Source: Enterobacteria phage Aplg8
Sequence record: NC_054902.1
Reading direction: 5' to 3' (one strand)
Length of the DNA: 64,000 nt
Under the pieces are notes generated by a model. That model did not search any database. It was given only the letters and a program-made list of their open reading frames with translations, and was not told the DNA's origin. Every line of letters starts with the position of its first letter. Position 1 is the stretch's first letter. Positions 58,541 to 64,000 of this stretch are shown one piece after another. A program made the translations under genes and the position numbers.

Positions 58541-59290
58541 ATGGCAAACATTATTCGTTGTAAATTACCAGATGGTGTTCATCGTTTTAAACCATTTACG
58601 GTAGAAGATTATCGAGATTTTTTGTTAGTTCGAAACGATATAGAACATCGGTCACCACAAGAACAAAAAGAAGTAATTGCTGATTTAATTGCTGATTATT
58701 TTGGAGATTATCCAAAGACTTGGCAACCATTTATATTTTTGCAGGTATTTGTAGGGTCAATAGGTAAAACTAAAGTACCAGTCACATTTGTATGTCCAAA
58801 ATGTAAAAAAGAAAAGACAGTTCCATTTGAAATATATCAAAAAGAATTAAAGGAACCTGTTTTTGATGTAGCTAATGTTAAAATTAAATTAAAGTTTCCT
58901 TCTGAGTTTTATGAAAATAAAGCAAAGATGATTACTGAAAATATTCATTCTGTCCAAGTAGATGAAACGTGGTATGATTGGAAGGAAATTAGTGAATCAA
59001 GTCAAATAGAACTTGTTGATGCCATCGAGATAGAAACATTAGAAAAAATTCTCGATTCAATGAATCCTATTAATTTAACATTGCACATGTCGTGTTGTAA
59101 TAAGTATGTAAAAAAATACACTGATATAGTAGATGTGTTTAAGCTATTAGTTAACCCAGATGAAATATTTACTTTTTATCAAATCAATCACACGCTTGTA
59201 AAAAGTAATTATAGCTTAAATTCAATAATGAAAATGATTCCTGCTGAGCGCGGATTCGTATTAAAACTGATTGAGAAGGATAAACAATAA
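58541..59290 (+). CDS. 51: baseplate hub assembly catalyst gp51
   Basis: 249 aa; synteny. Confidence 0.9.
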   Translation: MANIIRCKLPDGVHRFKPFTVEDYRDFLLVRNDIEHRSPQEQKEVIADLIADYFGDYPKTWQPFIFLQVFVGSIGKTKVPVTFVCPKCKKEKTVPFEIYQKELKEPVFDVANVKIKLKFPSEFYENKAKMITENIHSVQVDETWYDWKEISESSQIELVDAIEIETLEKILDSMNPINLTLHMSCCNKYVKKYTDIVDVFKLLVNPDEIFTFYQINHTLVKSNYSLNSIMKMIPAERGFVLKLIEKDKQ

Positions 59291-60465
59291 TGAGTATGCT
59301 GCAACGCCCTGGATATCCAAATCTCAGCGTTAAATTATTTGATAGCTACGACGCTTGGAGTAATAATAGATTTGTTGAATTAGCTGCTACTATTACCACA
59401 TTAACTATGCGGGATTCTCTTTATGGCCGAAATGAAGGAATGCTGCAGTTTTATGATTCTAAAAATATCCATACAAAAATGGATGGAAATGAAATAATTC
59501 AGATTTCTGTAGCTAATGCAAATGATATTAATAATGTTAAAACACGAATTTATGGATGTAAGCATTTTTCAGTGTCAGTAGATTCAAAGGGTGATAACAT
59601 CATTGCTATTGAATTGGGAACTATTCATTCTATAGAAAATCTTAAATTTGGCAGACCGTTTTTCTCTGATGCAGGTGAATCTATAAAAGAAATGCTTGGT
59701 GTCATTTATCAGGATCGCACGTTATTAACTCCAGCAATAAATGCTATAAATGCTTATGTTCCTGATATTCCATGGACTAGCACATTTGAAAACTATTTGT
59801 CGTATGTCAGGGAAGTTGCTCTAGCTGTAGGAAGTGACAAATTTGTATTTGTGTGGCAAGACATCATGGGAGTTAACATGATGGACTATGATATGATGAT
59901 AAATCAAGAACCGTATCCAATGATTGTCGGTGAGCCATCTTTAATAGGTCAATTCATCCAAGAATTAAAATATCCATTAGCATATGATTTCGTTTGGTTG
60001 ACTAAATCGAATCCTCATAAACGTGACCCAATGAAAAACGCTACTATCTATGCGCATTCATTTTTGGATTCTTCATTGCCAATGATTACTACAGGAAAGG
60101 GAGAAAACTCTATTGTAGTGTCAAGGTCAGGTGCTTATTCTGAAATGACTTATAGGAATGGATATGAAGAAGCTATTCGTCTTCAAACTATGGCACAATA
60201 CGATGGTTATGCTAAATGTTCTACTGTCGGTAATTTTAACTTGACTCCTGGCGTTAAAATTATTTTTAATGATAGTAAAAACCAATTTAAAACAGAATTT
60301 TACGTTGATGAAGTTATCCACGAATTATCCAATAATAATTCAGTAACTCATCTATATATGTTCACTAATGCAACGAAACTGGAAACAATAGACCCAGTTA
60401 AGGTTAAAAATGAATTTAAATCTGATACTACCACTGAAGAAAGTAGTTCTTCCAATAAGCAATAA
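59290..60465 (+). CDS. 27: baseplate hub protein gp27
   Basis: 391 aa; synteny. Confidence 0.93.
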   Translation: MSMLQRPGYPNLSVKLFDSYDAWSNNRFVELAATITTLTMRDSLYGRNEGMLQFYDSKNIHTKMDGNEIIQISVANANDINNVKTRIYGCKHFSVSVDSKGDNIIAIELGTIHSIENLKFGRPFFSDAGESIKEMLGVIYQDRTLLTPAINAINAYVPDIPWTSTFENYLSYVREVALAVGSDKFVFVWQDIMGVNMMDYDMMINQEPYPMIVGEPSLIGQFIQELKYPLAYDFVWLTKSNPHKRDPMKNATIYAHSFLDSSLPMITTGKGENSIVVSRSGAYSEMTYRNGYEEAIRLQTMAQYDGYAKCSTVGNFNLTPGVKIIFNDSKNQFKTEFYVDEVIHELSNNNSVTHLYMFTNATKLETIDPVKVKNEFKSDTTTEESSSSNKQ

Positions 60466-60943
60466 AGAAGTTTCTATTCCTAAAATGGGTCTTAAACATT
60501 ATAACATTTTAAAAGATGTTAAAGGTCCTGATGAAAATTTAAAACTTCTTATTGATTCTATTTGTCCGAATTTATCACCAGCAGAAGTTGATTTCGTTTC
60601 CATTCATTTATTGGAATTTAATGGAAAGATTAAATCTCGTAAAGAAATAGATGGTTATACTTATGACATTAATGATGTTTATGTATGCCAAAGATTGGAA
60701 TTTCAATACCAAGGAAATACATTTTATTTTAGACCGCCTGGAAAATTTGAACAATTTTTAACTGTGAGCGATATGTTATCCAAATGCTTGCTTAAGGTCA
60801 ATGATGAAGTTAAAGAAATTAATTTTCTTGAGATGCCAGCATTCGTTTTAAAATGGGCAAATGATATTTTTACAACTTTAGCAATTCCTGGCCCTAATGG
60901 TCCAATAACTGGAATTGGTAATATTATTGGATTATTTGAATGA
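60410..60943 (+). CDS. 28: baseplate hub distal protein gp28
   Basis: 177 aa; synteny; overlaps gene 27 3' end. Confidence 0.85.
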   Translation: MNLNLILPLKKVVLPISNKEVSIPKMGLKHYNILKDVKGPDENLKLLIDSICPNLSPAEVDFVSIHLLEFNGKIKSRKEIDGYTYDINDVYVCQRLEFQYQGNTFYFRPPGKFEQFLTVSDMLSKCLLKVNDEVKEINFLEMPAFVLKWANDIFTTLAIPGPNGPITGIGNIIGLFE

Positions 60944-62712
60944 AAAAGCCACAAGAAATGCAAACGATGCGTAGAAAAGTTATTTCAGATAATAAACCAA
61001 CACAGGAAGCGGCTAAATCCGCTTCTAACACTTTATCTGGACTTAACGATATATCTACGAAATTGGATGATGCTCAAGCTGCTTCTGAATTAATTGCTCA
61101 AACTGTTGAAGAAAAATCGAATGAAATAATTGGAGCAATTGACAATGTAGAAAGCGCAGTGAGTGATACTACTGCTGGTTCTGAGTTAATTGCTGAAACT
61201 GTCGAAATTGGCAATAATATTAATAAAGAAATCGGTGAATCGCTCGGGAGCAAATTAGATAAATTAACAAGTTTACTGGAGCAAAAAATTCAGACAGCTG
61301 GAATTCAACAAACAGGAACTAGTTTAGCCACGGTTGAAAGCGCTATTCCTGTTAAAGTTGTTGAGGACGATACAGCTGAATCTGTGGGTCCTTTATTACC
61401 GGCTCCTGAAGCAGTTAATAATGATCCTGATGCTGATTTTTTCCCTACCCCTCAGCCAGTTGAACCTAAACAAGAATCGCCAGAAGAAAAACAGAAAAAA
61501 GACGCATTTAACTTAAAATTATCTCAAGCTTTAGATAAATTAACAAAGACTGTTGATTTCGGATTTAAGAAATCTATTTCAATTACTGATAAAATATCAA
61601 GCATGCTATTTAAGTATACCGTCAGTGCTGCTATTGAAGCTGCTAAAATGACTGCAATGATATTGGCTGTTGTTGTTGGAATAGATCTGCTGATGGTTCA
61701 CTTTAAATATTGGTCAGATAAATTTTCACAGGCATGGGATTTATTTAGTACAGACTTTACTAAATTCTCTAGTGAAACAGGAACATGGGGTCCTTTATTA
61801 CAGAGCATCTTTAGTTCTATTGATGAAATTAAAAAATTCTGGGAAGAGGGAGATTGGGGCGGTTTGACGGTAGCTATTGTAGAAGGGCTTGGAAAGGTTC
61901 TTTATAATTTAGGAGAACTTATTCAGCTTGGAATGGCTAAATTATCTGCTGCAATTCTTCGAGTCATTCCTGGCATGAAGGATACCGCTGATGAAGTAGA
62001 AGGAAGAGCACTAGAAAATTTCCAAAATTCTACTGGAGCATCTCTCAATAAAGAAGACCAGGAAAAAGTTGCAAATTATCAAGATAAACGAATGAACGGA
62101 GACCTTGGTCCGATAGCAAAAGGATTAGATAAAATTGCTAATTGGAAAACTCGTGCATCTAACTGGATTCGTGGCGTTGATAATAAAGAAGCACTAACTA
62201 CCGACGAAGAACGCGCAGCAGAAGAAGAAAAATTAAAGCAACTTTCACCTGAAGAAAGAAAAAATGCTTTAATGAAGGCTAATGAAGCCCGTGCCGCGAT
62301 GATTCGTTTTGAAAAATATGCTGATTCAGCTGATATGAGTAAAGACTCAACGGTTAAATCAGTTGAAGCTGCCTATGAAGACCTTAAAAAACGGATGGAT
62401 GACCCGGATTTAAATAATTCACCGGCAGTTAAAAAAGAACTTGCTGCTAGATTTTCTAAAATTGATGCTACTTATCAAGAGCTCAAGAAAAATCAGCCTA
62501 ATGCCAAACCTGAAACTTCTGCTAAATCGCCAGAAGCAAAACAAGTCCAGGTAATAGAAAAGAACAAAGCACAGCAAGCTCCTGTTCAACAAGCATCTCC
62601 TTCGATCAATAATACTAATAATGTTATTAAGAAAAATACTGTCGTTCATAATATGACACCCGTAACGAGCACGACTGCTCCTGGTGTATTTGATGCGACT
62701 GGAGTTAATTAA
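60940..62712 (+). CDS. 29: baseplate hub / tail length determinator gp29
   Basis: 590 aa; synteny. Confidence 0.93.
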   Translation: MKKPQEMQTMRRKVISDNKPTQEAAKSASNTLSGLNDISTKLDDAQAASELIAQTVEEKSNEIIGAIDNVESAVSDTTAGSELIAETVEIGNNINKEIGESLGSKLDKLTSLLEQKIQTAGIQQTGTSLATVESAIPVKVVEDDTAESVGPLLPAPEAVNNDPDADFFPTPQPVEPKQESPEEKQKKDAFNLKLSQALDKLTKTVDFGFKKSISITDKISSMLFKYTVSAAIEAAKMTAMILAVVVGIDLLMVHFKYWSDKFSQAWDLFSTDFTKFSSETGTWGPLLQSIFSSIDEIKKFWEEGDWGGLTVAIVEGLGKVLYNLGELIQLGMAKLSAAILRVIPGMKDTADEVEGRALENFQNSTGASLNKEDQEKVANYQDKRMNGDLGPIAKGLDKIANWKTRASNWIRGVDNKEALTTDEERAAEEEKLKQLSPEERKNALMKANEARAAMIRFEKYADSADMSKDSTVKSVEAAYEDLKKRMDDPDLNNSPAVKKELAARFSKIDATYQELKKNQPNAKPETSAKSPEAKQVQVIEKNKAQQAPVQQASPSINNTNNVIKKNTVVHNMTPVTSTTAPGVFDATGVN

Positions 62713-62720
62713 GGAATAAT

Positions 62721-63815
62721 ATGGCAATTGTTAAAGAAATAACTGCTGATTTAATTAAAAAGTCCGGTGAGAAAATTTCAGCCGGACAGAGTACTAAATC
62801 AGAAGTAGCAACTAAAACATACACTGCCCAGTTTCCAACTGGGCGTGCTAGTGGTAATGACACTACAGGGGACTTCCAGGTAACAGATCTATATAAGAAT
62901 GGATTATTATTTACTGCATACAATATGTCATCTAGGGATTCTGGAAGTCTTAGATCGATGAGATCTAACTACTCTTCTTCATCTTCGAGTATTTTACGTA
63001 CAGCCAGAAACACTATTAGTAGTACAGTATCAAAACTATCAAATGGATTAATATCAAACAATAATTCAGGAACAATAAGTAAAGCTCCTGTCGCAAACAT
63101 TCTTTTACCGAGATCTAAATCTGACGTTGATACGTCATCACATAGATTTAATGATGTTCAAGAAAGTCTTATCAGCAGAGGCGGAGGTACTGCTACTGGT
63201 GTGTTAAGTAATATTGCTTCAACTGCAGTATTTGGGGCACTGGAAAGTATAACACAAGGTATAATGGCTGATAATAATGAACAGATTTATACGACAGCCA
63301 GAAGTATGTATGGTGGTGCTGAGAATAGAACTAAAGTGTTTACATGGGATTTGACTCCACGTTCAACAGAAGATTTGATGGCTATTATCAATATCTATCA
63401 ATATTTTAACTATTTTTCTTATGGTGAAACGGGCAAATCTCAATATGCTGCTGAAATAAAGGGGTATTTGGATGATTGGTATCGTTCTACGTTAATTGAA
63501 CCTTTATCTCCGGAAGACGCAGCTAAAAATAAAACACTATTTGAGAAAATGACATCGAGCTTAACTAACGTTCTAGTAGTTTCAAACCCGACAATTTGGA
63601 TGGTGAAAAACTTTGGTGCAACATCTAAGTTTGATGGAAAAACGGAAATATTTGGTCCATGTCAAATACAGAGCGTTAGATTTGATAAAACACCTAATGG
63701 TAACTTTAACGGATTAGCTATTGCTCCAAACCTCCCTAGTACATTTACTCTCGAGATTACTATGAGAGAAATTATCACGTTAAACCGTGCTTCTTTATAT
63801 GCGGGGACTTTTTAA
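62721..63815 (+). CDS. 48: baseplate tail tube cap gp48
   Basis: 364 aa; synteny. Confidence 0.93.
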   Translation: MAIVKEITADLIKKSGEKISAGQSTKSEVATKTYTAQFPTGRASGNDTTGDFQVTDLYKNGLLFTAYNMSSRDSGSLRSMRSNYSSSSSSILRTARNTISSTVSKLSNGLISNNNSGTISKAPVANILLPRSKSDVDTSSHRFNDVQESLISRGGGTATGVLSNIASTAVFGALESITQGIMADNNEQIYTTARSMYGGAENRTKVFTWDLTPRSTEDLMAIINIYQYFNYFSYGETGKSQYAAEIKGYLDDWYRSTLIEPLSPEDAAKNKTLFEKMTSSLTNVLVVSNPTIWMVKNFGATSKFDGKTEIFGPCQIQSVRFDKTPNGNFNGLAIAPNLPSTFTLEITMREIITLNRASLYAGTF

Positions 63816-64000
63816 TGTATTCTTTAGAGGAATTTAATAATCAAGCAATAAACGCAGATTTCCAACGTAATAATATGTTTAGCTGCGTTTTTGCAACAAC
63901 TCCATCAACTAAAAGCTCTTCGTTGATAAGTTCAATTAGCAACTTTTCTTATAATAACTTGGGCCTAAATTCAGATTGGTTAGGATTAACTCAAGGTGAT
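63815..64000 (+). CDS. 54: baseplate tail tube initiator gp54, N-terminal fragment (runs off window end)
   Basis: ATG overlapping gene 48 stop (TAATG); open to end of window. Confidence 0.8.
   Translation, partial: MYSLEEFNNQAINADFQRNNMFSCVFATTPSTKSSSLISSISNFSYNNLGLNSDWLGLTQGD

Overview
This window is a contiguous piece of a T4-like (Tevenvirinae) myovirus genome. All gene identifications rest on recognition of the supplied translations and on motifs read by eye; no database search was run. The left ~20 kb is early/middle genes on the minus strand (rI, tk, regB, internal proteins, lysozyme e, nudE, a tRNA array, ipI, 57A/57B, genes 1, 3, 2, 4). From ~20 kb onward it is the late structural block (baseplate 53-12, wac, neck 13-15, terminase 16/17, sheath 18, tube 19, portal 20, head genes 67/68/21/22/23/24), then rnlB, hoc, inh, segE, uvsW, uvsY, and baseplate hub genes 25-54. 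T4-type late promoters (TATAAATA), early promoters (GTTTAC-N18-extended -10) and GC-hairpin terminators are visible. The most interesting departures from the T4 layout as I remember it are: (1) a capsid-targeting-sequence protein gene packaged as a cassette with its own late promoter and flanked by 31-nt direct-repeat terminators; (2) an 11-gene tRNA array carrying an extra Tyr-Asn-His block (GUN anticodons), with the His tRNA lacking an encoded G-1; (3) an HNH endonuclease gene inserted between genes 18 and 19; (4) a P-loop NTPase where T4 has denV/ipII; (5) a macro-domain gene co-transcribed with two secreted proteins; (6) a tandem array of paralogous small membrane proteins. No single multi-gene undescribed system could be demonstrated from sequence alone; these are the candidates.
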